Assembly: GCA_963667465.2 (NCBI GenBank)
Contig: CAXXDN010000001.1
Coordinates: 704,001 to 768,000 of the forward strand
Source: Dehalococcoidia bacterium
Lineage (GTDB): Bacteria; Chloroflexota; Dehalococcoidia; UBA2979
DNA length: 64,000 nt
Direction of reading: 5' to 3'
This document shows positions 47,361 through 57,389 of the stretch, piece after piece (position 1 is the first letter of the stretch; every line of letters starts with the position of its first letter). The notes beneath the pieces were generated by a model, which made no database searches, was not told the DNA's origin, and worked only from the letters and a program-made list of their open reading frames with translations. A program made the position numbers and the translations under genes.

Positions 47361-48224
47361 ATGCCACCGATCGGCCCCGCTCGCCTGCTGCTTGCCTGCT
47401 GCGTGCTCGTCGCGGCGGTAGCTTGCGGCGGCTCGGAGGCGGACCCCGCGGACCAACCGGTGACCGTGAGGTTCACGGGCTCCCCGACGGCGACACTCTC
47501 GTCGGCCGGCACCCCGACGGCGACAGTGTCGCCCTCCGCGACGCCAACCGGGGCCGAGGCGCCTGTCCCGACGGCGCCACCCGCTTCGGAAGCGACGCCC
47601 ACCGCAACACCGGCGCCGACTGCCACCCCGGAGTCCGCCACACCGACCCCGACGCCTGCGGCAACACCGCTACCCACACCGACTGAGACAGCGACCCCGA
47701 CGGCAGCACCAACTCCCACTGTCACACCCTCGGCGACTGAGACAGCGACCCCGACGGCAACGCCGATCCCCAGCGTCACACCCTCGGCGACCGTGCCGCC
47801 GGAGCCGACCGCGACGACGGGTGCGCTGCCCCTTGAGGCGCTCCCCCACATCGAGTTCGCACGCGGCGACGGGGCGGCGGTGTCACTGCCGATCGAGATC
47901 CCGCCGCGCAGCGAGTACTCCATCGGGTTGTCGGGGCGCTACGAGCTGGGCGAGCGGGGGATGCTCTTCCACTACGAGGAGGAGGGACGCCGCTCGTTCT
48001 GGATGAAGAACACGCATATCGACCTCGACATCGCCTTCATCGGCGCGGACTTCGTGATCCGGGAGATCTTCGGCATGGAGGCGGAGTCGCTCGAGATTCG
48101 CCGTCCCGGCGACGTCTATCAGTACGCCGTCGAGGCGCCGTCGGGCTGGTACGCCGCGAACGGGGTGCAGGTTGGCGACACAGCGCGCTTTGCCTTCGAC
48201 CTCGCGGACTACCCGGTCGAGTGA
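47361..48224 (+). CDS. DUF192 lipoprotein with Pro/Thr-rich linker
   Basis: Lipobox-like AVAC; GLSGR..L..RGMLF, FWMKNT.IDLDIAFI, AVE...G...GD. Confidence 0.85.
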   Translation: MPPIGPARLLLACCVLVAAVACGGSEADPADQPVTVRFTGSPTATLSSAGTPTATVSPSATPTGAEAPVPTAPPASEATPTATPAPTATPESATPTPTPAATPLPTPTETATPTAAPTPTVTPSATETATPTATPIPSVTPSATVPPEPTATTGALPLEALPHIEFARGDGAAVSLPIEIPPRSEYSIGLSGRYELGERGMLFHYEEEGRRSFWMKNTHIDLDIAFIGADFVIREIFGMEAESLEIRRPGDVYQYAVEAPSGWYAANGVQVGDTARFAFDLADYPVE

Positions 48225-48234
48225 GCGCGGGCTG

Positions 48235-48765
48235 CTAGTACCACTCCTCCTCGATGACGCGGGAGGCGTGGACGGCGAGGGTTTCAAGGATGCGCTCGTC
48301 GTCTTCCCCGAAGCTGCGGCCCTCGCGGCGGTCGGCGACGTAGAGCGAGCCGCGGACGTGGCCCTGCGACCAGATCGGGACGCCGGCTAGGGCACGCATC
48401 TCCGGATGGTGCGGCGGGAAGCCGAAGGCGCGCGGGTGGTCCTGCACGTCCTCGAAGCGCACGGGCCGGCCGTCGGCGCGCAGCGCGCCGAGCGGGCCGT
48501 GCCCCTGCGGCGGCGCCTTGAGGCCTCGCAGCTCGATCGGCGTGAGGCCGGAGGTGACGAAGCCCTGCGTGGTGTCGTGCTCGTCGGTGACCGCGAGGGC
48601 GGCGTAGTCAGCGCCCGTCGCCTCGCGCGCGAGGTCGACGACCACCTGCAGGGAGTCCTCGGGGCGGTGGCGTTCGGGCAGGATCTTCAGGCCTCGCGCC
48701 AGCGCGCGCAGCGCCCGCGCCTCGGGGTCGCGCCGTAGCAGCCTCCGGAGACTCGCGATCGCCAC
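48235..48765 (-). CDS. Stand-alone GAF-domain protein (DosS/DosT GAF-like)
   Basis: ADYAAL, PQGHG.LG, HPRAFGFPPHHPEM...GVPI...G.LY...F...DE. Confidence 0.8.
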   Translation of the reverse strand: MAIASLRRLLRRDPEARALRALARGLKILPERHRPEDSLQVVVDLAREATGADYAALAVTDEHDTTQGFVTSGLTPIELRGLKAPPQGHGPLGALRADGRPVRFEDVQDHPRAFGFPPHHPEMRALAGVPIWSQGHVRGSLYVADRREGRSFGEDDERILETLAVHASRVIEEEWY

Positions 48766-48887
48766 GCCTCGCTCCTCCCGCGCTGAGTCTATCGCGAGGC
48801 GGCGTTGGGTGCGGGGAAGGGGGTCGGCGGCGTGTGGCCTCGGCGTGGCGGGCGTGGTCGGCGTATCGTGTATGCGGGAGAGGCGTG

Positions 48888-49197
48888 ATGGACAGGATCG
48901 TTGAAGAGCGGCTGGCCGAAATCGAGCAGCTCTGCCGGGACCACCGGGTGCGGCGACTTGATCTCTTTGGCTCGGCGGCGAGCGGGGAGTTCCAGCCGGA
49001 CGAGAGCGACCTCGACTTTCTGGTGGACTTCGATCCGCCGCCGTACGGCGCATACCGCAAGACCTACTTCGGGCTGCTTAACGGGGCTACGGGAGCTCTT
49101 CGGTCGGCCCGTCGACCTGGTGGATGCTTCAGCAGTCAGAAACCCCTACTTCCGCGAGGCTGTCGAGCAGACTCGGGAAACGCTGTATGCGTCTTGA
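48888..49197 (+). pseudogene. MntA-type nucleotidyltransferase antitoxin with +1 frameshift
   Basis: LFGSAASGEFQPDESDLDFLV...YFGLLNG in one frame, LRELFGRPVDLV...NPYF..V in the next; extra G in GGGG 49083-49086. Confidence 0.8.
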
Positions 49198-49528
49198 GGC
49201 ACGCAAGCTCCTCCACGATATTGAGAGCGCCATCACCCTGATCGAGCAGTTCACCAGGGGCCGGACATACCCGGACTATGAGCAAGACGCGATGCTGCGC
49301 AGCGCGGTCGAGCGCCAGTTCGCCATCATCGGAGAAGGGGTGGCGCGACTGGCGAGGTCCGAGCCCGATCTGATCGCGCGGATTAGCGACTACCGCCAGA
49401 TCGTCGACTTCAGGAACTTCCTGATCCACGGCTACGCTGAAGTGAATGACCGGCTCGTCCGGGAGGCTGTCGAAGCGGGGCTTCCGGTTCTTCGCCGTGA
49501 TATCGAGGCGCTACGAGACGGGATCTGA
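49187..49528 (+). CDS. HepT/DUF86 HEPN ribonuclease toxin
   Basis: LRSAVERQFAIIGE, RNFLIHGY (Rx4HxY intact). Confidence 0.9.
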   Translation: MRLEARKLLHDIESAITLIEQFTRGRTYPDYEQDAMLRSAVERQFAIIGEGVARLARSEPDLIARISDYRQIVDFRNFLIHGYAEVNDRLVREAVEAGLPVLRRDIEALRDGI

Positions 49529-49536
49529 CCCCATCC

Positions 49537-51153
49537 TCAGACCCCCGCAATCGCGCCCGCGATCTCGCGGGCGAGGGCGGCGGGCGGGCGTGTGGCGTCG
49601 AGGGCGAGGCTTGGGGCCTCGTCGGGTGTGACCGGCTCGAAGCCGTCGCGCTGCGCCTCGTAGACCGCCCATGTGGCGTCCGAGGTGCGCAGCGGGTCGT
49701 CCTCGCGCCCGGCGATGCGCGTGTGCGCCGTCGCGTCGTCGCTGCGCAACTCGACGACCGTCGCCGGCACGCCGTGCTCGACGGCCAGCGCGCGGACGGC
49801 GTCGCGCTCCGAGCGGCGGCCGTGCATCGCGTCGAGGACCACCGCCCGCCCCTCGCGCAGCAGGCGCGCGGCGCGGGCGCGCAGCTCGGCGTAGGTGCGC
49901 TCCGTCATTTCGGAAGCGTAGAGGCCGGCGCGCCACTCCTTGCGGACCCGCTCGCGCGGGTCGATGCCCGCGAGCTGCTTGCGCACCACGTCGGAGGACA
50001 GGTAGGCGGCGCCGATGCGGCAGGCGAGCGTGGCGGCGACCGTCGACTTGCCGCTCGCGGGCAGGCCGCTGAGCGCGATCAACTGTGGCGCGGCGCGGCG
50101 CTCGGCGTAGCTCGCCGCGAGGCGGAAGAAGCGCGCGGCGGAGGCGGCGAGGGCGCGCGCCTGCTCTTCGGGCGTCTCGGGAGCGTGCGCGCCGATCGAC
50201 TCCACCTTGCCGCGCACGAAGGCGCGGTAGGCGCGATGCAGCGGCTGCAGCAGGCCCAGTGTCTCGTCGGCCGAGGCTGCGAGGTAGCGCCCCGCCAGCT
50301 CCTCGCCGAGGTCCGCGTGGCCGAGCGCCTCGAGGTCCATTGCCAGGAAGGCGACGTCGTAGCCCGTGTCCAGGTAGCGGAAGTGGAACCACTCGTTGAA
50401 CTCGATGCAGTCGACGATCGTGATCGCCTCGTCCGGCCCGCCTGGCTCATCGTCGAACAGGTAGACGTGTGCGGCACGCAGGTCGCCGTGGCCCTCGACC
50501 ACATGCCCGGCAGCGAGGCGCTCATCGAAGAGCGCGGCGTCGCGTTCGAGCGTCTCCTCGATGAAGGCGCGGGTCGTCGTCGCATCGTCGGGCAGCCACG
50601 TATCGCCGATGAAGCCGGCGGCCTCGCCGTACTCGCGCGCCCACCACGCGCGCTCGGCGGACGCGCCGGCGAAGTCCGGGTCGTTCGCCACGACGACGGC
50701 GGACTCGTGGAAGGCGATCAGCCGCCGCGCGAGCCGCTCCGCGAGGTCGGCGGGCGCCTCGCCGGCCGCGAGCAGCCGGTCGAGCGTGCGATCGTCGGGC
50801 AGGCGGCGCAGCTTCACCGCGTGCTCGACGATCTCCCCCGCTGCCGGGTCGCCCTCGACGGCGTGGCGGCCGTCCGGCATCCGCACGACCGGGACGACGT
50901 CGAGGTACACGCCGGGCGCGAGGCGACGGTTAAGCCGCAGCTCGGCGTGGCAGAAGCGCTCGCGCGTCTCCCGGTCGAGCTGGCGGATGAAGCCGAAGTC
51001 GACCGGCTTCTTGGTCTTGTACACGAGGTCGCCGGCGAGGAAGACCCACGAGATGTGGGTCTGGAGCAGCTCGACCCGGGCCGGCGCGTGCGGGTAGGCG
51101 GCGGGGTCGAGCAGGGCCCGGACGTACTCCGGGAGCGCCGCGTCGCCGCTCAT
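49537..51153 (-). CDS. Bifunctional phosphotransferase / P-loop kinase (Rv2004c-like)
   Basis: THISWVFL, KKPVDFGF, GHGDL, DCIEFN; GLPASGKST, SDAT. Confidence 0.88.
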   Translation of the reverse strand: MSGDAALPEYVRALLDPAAYPHAPARVELLQTHISWVFLAGDLVYKTKKPVDFGFIRQLDRETRERFCHAELRLNRRLAPGVYLDVVPVVRMPDGRHAVEGDPAAGEIVEHAVKLRRLPDDRTLDRLLAAGEAPADLAERLARRLIAFHESAVVVANDPDFAGASAERAWWAREYGEAAGFIGDTWLPDDATTTRAFIEETLERDAALFDERLAAGHVVEGHGDLRAAHVYLFDDEPGGPDEAITIVDCIEFNEWFHFRYLDTGYDVAFLAMDLEALGHADLGEELAGRYLAASADETLGLLQPLHRAYRAFVRGKVESIGAHAPETPEEQARALAASAARFFRLAASYAERRAAPQLIALSGLPASGKSTVAATLACRIGAAYLSSDVVRKQLAGIDPRERVRKEWRAGLYASEMTERTYAELRARAARLLREGRAVVLDAMHGRRSERDAVRALAVEHGVPATVVELRSDDATAHTRIAGREDDPLRTSDATWAVYEAQRDGFEPVTPDEAPSLALDATRPPAALAREIAGAIAGV

Positions 51154-51170
51154 CAGGCTATGGATCGCGC

Positions 51171-53171
51171 CTACACGTAGAGATCGAGGCGCTCCTTGCG
51201 GAGCCGGTCTCCGAACGTCTCGCGCAGCACGTCGAAGCGGTCGAGGTCCATCTCGCTGGCGAAGGTGATCGCCTTGCCCTCGCGGCCGGCGCGGCCCGTG
51301 CGGCCGGTGCGGTGCACGTACTCCTCGGCGTTGTCGGGCACGTCGTAGTTGACGACGTGCGTGATCTCCGGGATGTCGATGCCGCGGGCGGCGACGTTGG
51401 TGGCGATCAGGATGTCCAGCTCGCCATTGCGGAAGCGCCGCACCATGCGGTCGCGGCGGCGCTGGTCGAGGTCGCCGTGCAGTGCGCCGACGTTCACGCC
51501 GCGGCCCTGCAACTCGCGCGCGAGGAAATCGACGCCGCGCTTGGTGCGCGAGAAGACGAGCGTACGCCCTCGCAGCTCCCGCTCAATCAGCTCGCTCAGG
51601 CCGTTGACCTTGTCGCGCTGGGCGACCTCGAAGTAGATGTGCTCGATCGACTCGACCGTCTCGAGGTCCGAGGCGACGGCGACGCGTTCGGGGTTCTCCA
51701 TGTAGCGGCGGATCAGGCGCGTGACGGTGTGCGGCATCGTGGCGGAGAAGAGCGCCGTCTGCCGGCTGCGCGGGGTGCGGCCGAGGATGTGCGTGATGTC
51801 CGGCAGGAAGCCGATGTCCAGCATCTGGTCCGCCTCGTCGAGAACGGCGAGCCGCACCCGCCGCAGCGAGAGCGTGCCACGGCGCAGGTGGTCCTTGATG
51901 CGCCCCGGCGTGCCGACCACGATCTGCGGGCCCTGCTCCAGCGCGCGGAAGTCGCCCTCGAGGGCATGACCGCCGAGCAGCCCGATCGCCTGCATCCCGA
52001 AGGGGCGCGAGAGGTCGATGAGCACGCCGAGCACCTGCTGCGCCAGCTCGCGGGTGGGCACCAGCACGAGCCCCTGCACGTCGTTCTGCTCGGGGTCGAG
52101 CGAGTCCGCCATCGGGATGCCGAAGGCGAGCGTCTTGCCGGTGCCCGTCTGGGCGATGCCGACCACGTCCCGGCCTTCGAGCAGCACGGGAATCGAGCGC
52201 TCCTGTACCGGCGTCGGCTGCTCGAAGCCCATGCGCGCGACGGCCGTAAGCGAGCGCTCCGAGATGCCGAGGGCGGCGAACGCCTCCGGCAGTTCGAGGT
52301 CGGCGTCAGCCTCGGCCTCCGGCGTGGCTTCGGCCCGTGTGGCGTCGGGTGTCCTCGCTGTATTGCCGTTGGCCGACGGCGCGGCGGCCTCGGCGTCCTC
52401 GGCGGCCTCCTCGCGCTCGCCGCGCCTGCGCCCGCGCCCGCCGCGCCGCCCGCGGCGGCGGCGACCGCCCGAGGCGGTCTCCTCGGCGCCGGACGCATCG
52501 GCGGCCGAGTCGTCGGCGGTGTTGTCGTCGCCGGTGTTGTCGATGACGGCTTCCGGCGCTTCCTCCGGCTCGGCTGGAGCGTCGTCATCGTCGACGTCGT
52601 GGAACACCGGCAAGTTGCGCTTGCCGGTGACGAGGACTCGAGGGGTCGTGCGGGCGCCGGGCGGGGGGCGTCGCCGGCCGGGCAGGATGCTGCTGTCGCC
52701 GCCCTCGGCGGCGGGCCGGAAGGCCACGTCCTCGGGCAGCGGTGCATCGAGGTCGGCGCGCCGCCTGCCGCGGCGGTCGTAGCGACCGCGTCCGCCGTCG
52801 TCGCGTCTGCGTCCGCCGTCGTTGCGCCTGCGTTCGCCGTCGTTGCGCGTGCGTCCGCCGTCGTTGCGTCTGCGTTCGCCGTCGTTGCGCGTGCGTTCGC
52901 CGTCGTTGCGCGTGCGTTCGCCGTCGTTGCGCGTGCGTGTTGGTGCTTCTGCGGTGGGTGTGATGGGTCCTCCGTGTTGTTGGGTCTGCTGTTGGGACTG
53001 CGCGTTGTCGGAGCCGCCGCCCCGCCTGCGGCCGCGGCCGCCGCGCCGCCCGCGCCTGCGGCGTGAGCGTTTGCCGCTCGCGTCCTCGTCTGCGGGCGCG
53101 CTGCTGGATGACGCTTCGGGGTCGCGTTCGCCTCCGCCGATGAGGCCGCGGATGCGGCGCAGCAGGCTCAC
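51171..53171 (-). CDS. DEAD-box RNA helicase with long low-complexity N-terminus
   Basis: Q motif [47 protein letters not shown]. Confidence 0.95.
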   Translation of the reverse strand: MSLLRRIRGLIGGGERDPEASSSSAPADEDASGKRSRRRRGRRGGRGRRRGGGSDNAQSQQQTQQHGGPITPTAEAPTRTRNDGERTRNDGERTRNDGERRRNDGGRTRNDGERRRNDGGRRRDDGGRGRYDRRGRRRADLDAPLPEDVAFRPAAEGGDSSILPGRRRPPPGARTTPRVLVTGKRNLPVFHDVDDDDAPAEPEEAPEAVIDNTGDDNTADDSAADASGAEETASGGRRRRGRRGGRGRRRGEREEAAEDAEAAAPSANGNTARTPDATRAEATPEAEADADLELPEAFAALGISERSLTAVARMGFEQPTPVQERSIPVLLEGRDVVGIAQTGTGKTLAFGIPMADSLDPEQNDVQGLVLVPTRELAQQVLGVLIDLSRPFGMQAIGLLGGHALEGDFRALEQGPQIVVGTPGRIKDHLRRGTLSLRRVRLAVLDEADQMLDIGFLPDITHILGRTPRSRQTALFSATMPHTVTRLIRRYMENPERVAVASDLETVESIEHIYFEVAQRDKVNGLSELIERELRGRTLVFSRTKRGVDFLARELQGRGVNVGALHGDLDQRRRDRMVRRFRNGELDILIATNVAARGIDIPEITHVVNYDVPDNAEEYVHRTGRTGRAGREGKAITFASEMDLDRFDVLRETFGDRLRKERLDLYV
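52791..52937 (-). repeat. Coding tandem repeat 21 bp x 7 (R(T/R)RNDG(E/G))
   Basis: Direct translation of the helicase N-terminus. Confidence 0.9.
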
Positions 53172-53314
53172 GGGCGAGCGCCTGCGGTGGGCAGCGTCGC
53201 GCGAAGGGCGGCGCCGGGCCGCGCGAGGGCTGCCGCTGGTGTGAACGCCTCGGGTGCGGTGCCGGTGTGGTCCCCGTGGTGCAAGCCGACGGGCGACGCT
53301 GCGTGTTGCGTCAT
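53168..53314 (-). CDS. Putative leaderless upstream ORF (48 aa) coupled to the helicase
   Basis: TATCAT -10 lies 7 nt before ATG 53314; its TGA overlaps the helicase GTG (GTGA). Confidence 0.4.
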   Translation of the reverse strand: MTQHAASPVGLHHGDHTGTAPEAFTPAAALARPGAALRATLPTAGARP

Positions 53315-53358
53315 CGGGATGATGATACCAAGGAGCCGCCGGAGCCGCATCCGTGGCC

Positions 53359-54684
53359 TCAGCGCGGCGCTGACCGGCCCGCGAGCGGGGGCGCTCCGGC
53401 CCTCGCCGCGGCGTGCATCGCGGCGAAGTCCGCGCGCGCCCGCCGCATCAGCACGAAGAACAGCAACGCGCCCGCGAACACCACCACGCCGGCGTAGCGG
53501 AAGACCGACTCGAGGCCGAACAGCTCGACGACGCCGGCGCCGACGAGCGAGCCCGCGAGGAACCCGAGCGAGCTGCCCATTTGCGTCAACCCCATCACCG
53601 CGCCCATGCCGACGTTGCGGCCGACATCGACGAAGATCGCCTGCTGCGCCGGGAAGGCGATCGCCTCCGCGAGCCCGATCAGCAGGAAGATCGCGAGCAG
53701 CCAGGGCGCGATCACGAGCGTGCCGACCTCGAACGTCCCGACTGGCACGTTCGGGATCGCGAAGTGCCCGCCGGCCGAGAGCAGCAGTCCAACCATGACC
53801 AGCGTAAGCCGGCTCGTGCGATCGGCGAGGCGGCCGAACCAGGGCTGGAGCATGCCGCCGGCCAGCGCACGGCAGGCAAGCAGCAGGCCGACGAGAGTCG
53901 CGCTCTCCGTGCCCAGTCCGTCCTCGCTGATCACGTAGATCGCGAGGAAGGTCGCACCCGCACCCCAGCCGAGGGCGACGACGGCCTGCGCGGTGAAGGC
54001 AGCCTGGACCGGCGCGAAGCGCAGCAGCTGGACCCAGGAGCGCGTCGGCCCGCGGGCCGCGGGGTCAGTCGCTGCGGGCGTGTTCGCGGCCTCGTTGCTC
54101 TCGCCTGTTGCGACGGCGCTGTCCGGATCCACCTCCGAGGGCGGCAGTAGCAGAAAGGTGGCGATGCCGGTTCCGACGAGCAGCACCACGAGCGTCACAA
54201 AGGCCGCGTCCACGCCCGCGGCGTCGCGGATCAGGCCGCCCAGCAGGGGACCGGTGCCGAAGCCGATCACCTGCGAGACCGCGAAGGCTCCGACGTAGGC
54301 GCCCTCGCGGCCGGGCGGCGCGAGGCGGCCCACGTAGGCGAGCGCCATCGGGAAGATCGCGGCGGCGCCGACGCCGGAGAGCACGCGGAAGGCGACGACG
54401 TGCTCCCACCTCCCCGCGATCAGGTAGCCGGACGCCGCCAGCCCGTACAGCAGGAAGCCCCCGGCAACGAACGGCTTGAGCCCGAAGCGGTCACCGAGGC
54501 GGCCGACGATTGGCGAGAAGATCATCATCGGCACGGTCACGCCGGCGAAGGAAATCGCGACGGCGATCTCGGGACCGCCCAGGTCCTCGCGCACGAAGAC
54601 GGGCAGCAGCGGCGAGATCAGCGCGATGCCGATCATCGCGACGAACATGGCGAGCCAGAGCACGACGAACGGGCGCGTCCACAT
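53359..54684 (-). CDS. MFS transporter (DHA1-like)
   Basis: GRLGDRFG, FRVLSG, GPLLGG, GRLADR; GAGGAGG RBS. Confidence 0.88.
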   Translation of the reverse strand: MWTRPFVVLWLAMFVAMIGIALISPLLPVFVREDLGGPEIAVAISFAGVTVPMMIFSPIVGRLGDRFGLKPFVAGGFLLYGLAASGYLIAGRWEHVVAFRVLSGVGAAAIFPMALAYVGRLAPPGREGAYVGAFAVSQVIGFGTGPLLGGLIRDAAGVDAAFVTLVVLLVGTGIATFLLLPPSEVDPDSAVATGESNEAANTPAATDPAARGPTRSWVQLLRFAPVQAAFTAQAVVALGWGAGATFLAIYVISEDGLGTESATLVGLLLACRALAGGMLQPWFGRLADRTSRLTLVMVGLLLSAGGHFAIPNVPVGTFEVGTLVIAPWLLAIFLLIGLAEAIAFPAQQAIFVDVGRNVGMGAVMGLTQMGSSLGFLAGSLVGAGVVELFGLESVFRYAGVVVFAGALLFFVLMRRARADFAAMHAAARAGAPPLAGRSAPR

Positions 54685-54769
54685 CGCCGGCAGGCCTCCT
54701 CGATCGCTTGCGGCCTCGCCGCACGTCGTCGCCCGGCGCGGCTCCGAGACGGGAGGAGCTGGACAAGTG

Positions 54770-55393
54770 GGAGCGCTGCTGCGACGACGTGTCACTCTGA
54801 TATTCGCGGGTTGCCCGAGGGCTTGCCGCATGACCGTGCTTTGCCGGGAGGGGTCGCCGTCTCACGTCGCGGGTTGACGGCGCCGGACGCCGTTGCCGCA
54901 AGGGTGAACCGCGCATCCTCCAGAGCCTGCCCGCGCTCATCCATCCTCTCCCTGCCTGAGCAGCGTAGCGCCGCCTCCGGCATCCGTGTGTGCTGTCCCG
55001 TCCGCTCGGGCCGCGGTGCACTGCCCGGCCTGCATGCTCAGTACCGTCCAGCTGTGGCTCGCCAGCTCACGCGCCACGGCGACGTTCGCCACCACAGCCG
55101 GCGTTGCAGCGCGAAGATCGTCGGACCCGCTTCGTAGCAGGCGACGAGTGGCCCCGCTGTATCGCGCAGCAGGTCCGCGCCAGGCGCTTCACTGCCCGCG
55201 GCTCGTTTGCCAACTGCCGCTCCTCGGGCCGCTCCGCCCCGGCGCCAGCACCGCGACCTGGATCGTTCGCGCGTGTGCAGCCATCCCCGCGTAATGTGGT
55301 AGTCATCGTCATGAACGGCTCCTTTGCATGCGGCTCTGCAGCCCTCGCGTCTGTAACCCGCGAGTTTGCGAACTCGGAGCCGGTCACTCCATA
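54770..55393 (-). mobile_element. Decayed, internally deleted IS110-family element with retained 3' non-coding region
   Basis: Frameshifted pieces YAGMAAHARTIQVAVL / ANEPRAVKRLAR / LVACYEAGPTIFALQRRL joined directly to C-terminal VANVAVARELA.H.W; boundaries approximate. Confidence 0.75.
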
Positions 55394-55455
55394 CGGTCCA
55401 GCCCGCTCCCCAAGGGCGAGGGGACCGGAGGGGCGAGGCGCGAAGGGAACTGGCG

Positions 55456-56532
55456 ATGAACGATGTCAGGGCGATGGTGCTGACCGGGCCGAACCAGATG
55501 GAGCTGCAGCACTTCCCGCGACCCGAGACTGACGAGGACAGCGCGCTGCTGCGGATCGAGGCGTCCGGGATCTGCGGCACGGACTACGAGTCGCTGAGCG
55601 GCGAGTACTCGCGGGCCTACCCGGTGATCCTCGGCCACGAGCCACTGGGAGTGATCGAGGAGATTGGCGATCGCGCGGCCGCGCGCTGGGGCGTCGAGGC
55701 CGGCGATCGCGTGGTCGTGCAGCCGAACCACGGCTGTGGCGCATGCCGCCGCTGCAACGACGGCGCGCGCTGCAACCTCGTCGACGGCGGCTACGGCTCG
55801 ACGCCTGTGGCCGTCGAGCCCTCGCTGTGGGGCGGCTTCGCCGAGTACATGTACCTCGCGCGGGGCTCGAAGCTGCACAAGGTGCCGGACGGGCTGCCGC
55901 TCCAGCTCGCGGCGCTGACGAACCCGATCGCCGCCGGCTTCGGCTGGGCCGTCCGTGCGGGTGGGCTGCAGGCCGGCGACCGGATCGCGATCCTCGGCGC
56001 GGGCCAGCGTGGCCTCGCCTCGACGGTCGCGGCGAGTTACTCGGGCGCGGACTTCATCGCCGTCACCGGCCTCGCGCGCGACGAGCACAAGCTCGCGCTC
56101 GCGCGCCAGCTCGGCGCGCACGCGACGATCAACGTCGACGCCGAGGACCCCGTCGACGCCGTGCTCGAGCGCACGGATGGCGAGGGTGTCGATGTCGTCG
56201 TGGACCTCACGCCGTACGCGACGCAGCCGGTGGCGCAGGGCATCGAGCTGCTGCGCCCGGGCGGGACGATGGTGCTGGCCGGACTGAAGGGCACGCACCG
56301 CGTCGCCGAGTTCGACTCGGACTCGATCATCCGCCATGAGGCGAACGTGCGCGGCGTGCGCGGCGTCCCTCGCGACTCGTTCGTCCGCGCCTTGCGGCTG
56401 ATCGCCTCGGGCCGCTACCCGCTGGAGCGGATGCACACGCACGAATTCCCCCTCGAGGAGGTCGAGCGCGGGATCCGCACGCTCTCCGGCGAAACCGGCG
56501 AGCCCGCGATCTCGATCACGGTGGAGCCGTAG
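55456..56532 (+). CDS. Zinc-dependent alcohol dehydrogenase family protein
   Basis: GICGTD, GHE, CGACRRC...C, GAGQRG. Confidence 0.92.
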   Translation: MNDVRAMVLTGPNQMELQHFPRPETDEDSALLRIEASGICGTDYESLSGEYSRAYPVILGHEPLGVIEEIGDRAAARWGVEAGDRVVVQPNHGCGACRRCNDGARCNLVDGGYGSTPVAVEPSLWGGFAEYMYLARGSKLHKVPDGLPLQLAALTNPIAAGFGWAVRAGGLQAGDRIAILGAGQRGLASTVAASYSGADFIAVTGLARDEHKLALARQLGAHATINVDAEDPVDAVLERTDGEGVDVVVDLTPYATQPVAQGIELLRPGGTMVLAGLKGTHRVAEFDSDSIIRHEANVRGVRGVPRDSFVRALRLIASGRYPLERMHTHEFPLEEVERGIRTLSGETGEPAISITVEP

Positions 56533-56967
56533 GTGAGCGGGGCGACGGACGAGGCCGAACGCGCCGCGATCGAGGCCTACCGCGCGTGGCAGGACGCGTT
56601 CAACGCGCGCGATGTCGAGGGCATGCTCGCGCGCATGCACTTCCCGCACGTGCGCCTCGCCGGCGCGAGCCTGCACACCTGGGATTCGGGCGAGGACTTC
56701 GCGGCTGGCCAGGAGCGCATGACGGCGCAACTCGCGGCGGAGGGCTGGGCGCGGACCGATAACGTCTCAGCCGAGGTCGTCCACGCCTCGGAGGACAAGG
56801 TGCACCTCTCGCTGCGCAACGCGCGCGTCGGTGCGGACGGCACTGTCTACCACGCCTTCGATGCGCTCTGGATCTTCACGCTGATTGATGGGCGCTGGGG
56901 CGTGCAGTTCCGCTCGTCATACATCGAGGGCGTCGTGCACGCCCTCGGCGCGGCCTCGATCGGCTGA
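56533..56967 (+). CDS. SnoaL/NTF2-like protein
   Basis: AFNARD, HFPHVRL, DKVH, DGRWGVQFRS. Confidence 0.75.
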   Translation: MSGATDEAERAAIEAYRAWQDAFNARDVEGMLARMHFPHVRLAGASLHTWDSGEDFAAGQERMTAQLAAEGWARTDNVSAEVVHASEDKVHLSLRNARVGADGTVYHAFDALWIFTLIDGRWGVQFRSSYIEGVVHALGAASIG

Positions 56968-56987
56968 GCCGCGCCGCCGTCCGCGCT

Positions 56988-57389
56988 CCACAGCGCCGAG
57001 TCGACGACCAGCCCGACCGTATTGCTGCCGACGATCGCGAGCAGCCGCGAGTGCTGCCGGATGCGCCCGTAGCCGACCGCGCCGGAGAACTCTGAGACGG
57101 CGAACGCGGCTGCCGAGGCGATCGCGATCCTCGCGATCAGGTCGCTGTCCTGCCGGACCGCGAGGATGTAGCTGAGGATGCCGCCGATCGCGATCGCGAT
57201 CAGCGCGCCCTTGAACCCGAGCCGCTACCGCAAGCCGTCGCGGAAGGTGAAAGTGAGCCCCATGAGGTAGACGCTCGCCGGAGCGTCCAGCCCGAAGCCG
57301 ATGGAGACGACGCCGTAGGTCAGCAGCGACCAGTTCGCCCCCACCGCCGTGATCACGAAGGCGACGAGGAAGGCGATTCCGATCGTCCT
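56988..57389 (-). pseudogene. VUT/YhhQ-family (queuosine-precursor-type) transporter fragment
   Basis: ANW...APA.VY..GLTFTFRD..*RLG...RIAIASAAAFAVSE...SNTVGLVVDS; TAG at 57225-57227, no start codon upstream, C-terminus missing. Confidence 0.7.

Noticed and set aside
47500-47820. Pro/Thr repeat region
   Set aside because: Ordinary low-complexity lipoprotein linker
57225-57227. In-frame TAG as pyrrolysine or recoding
   Set aside because: The gene also lacks a start and its C-terminus, and TAG ends many normal genes here; pseudogenisation is simpler
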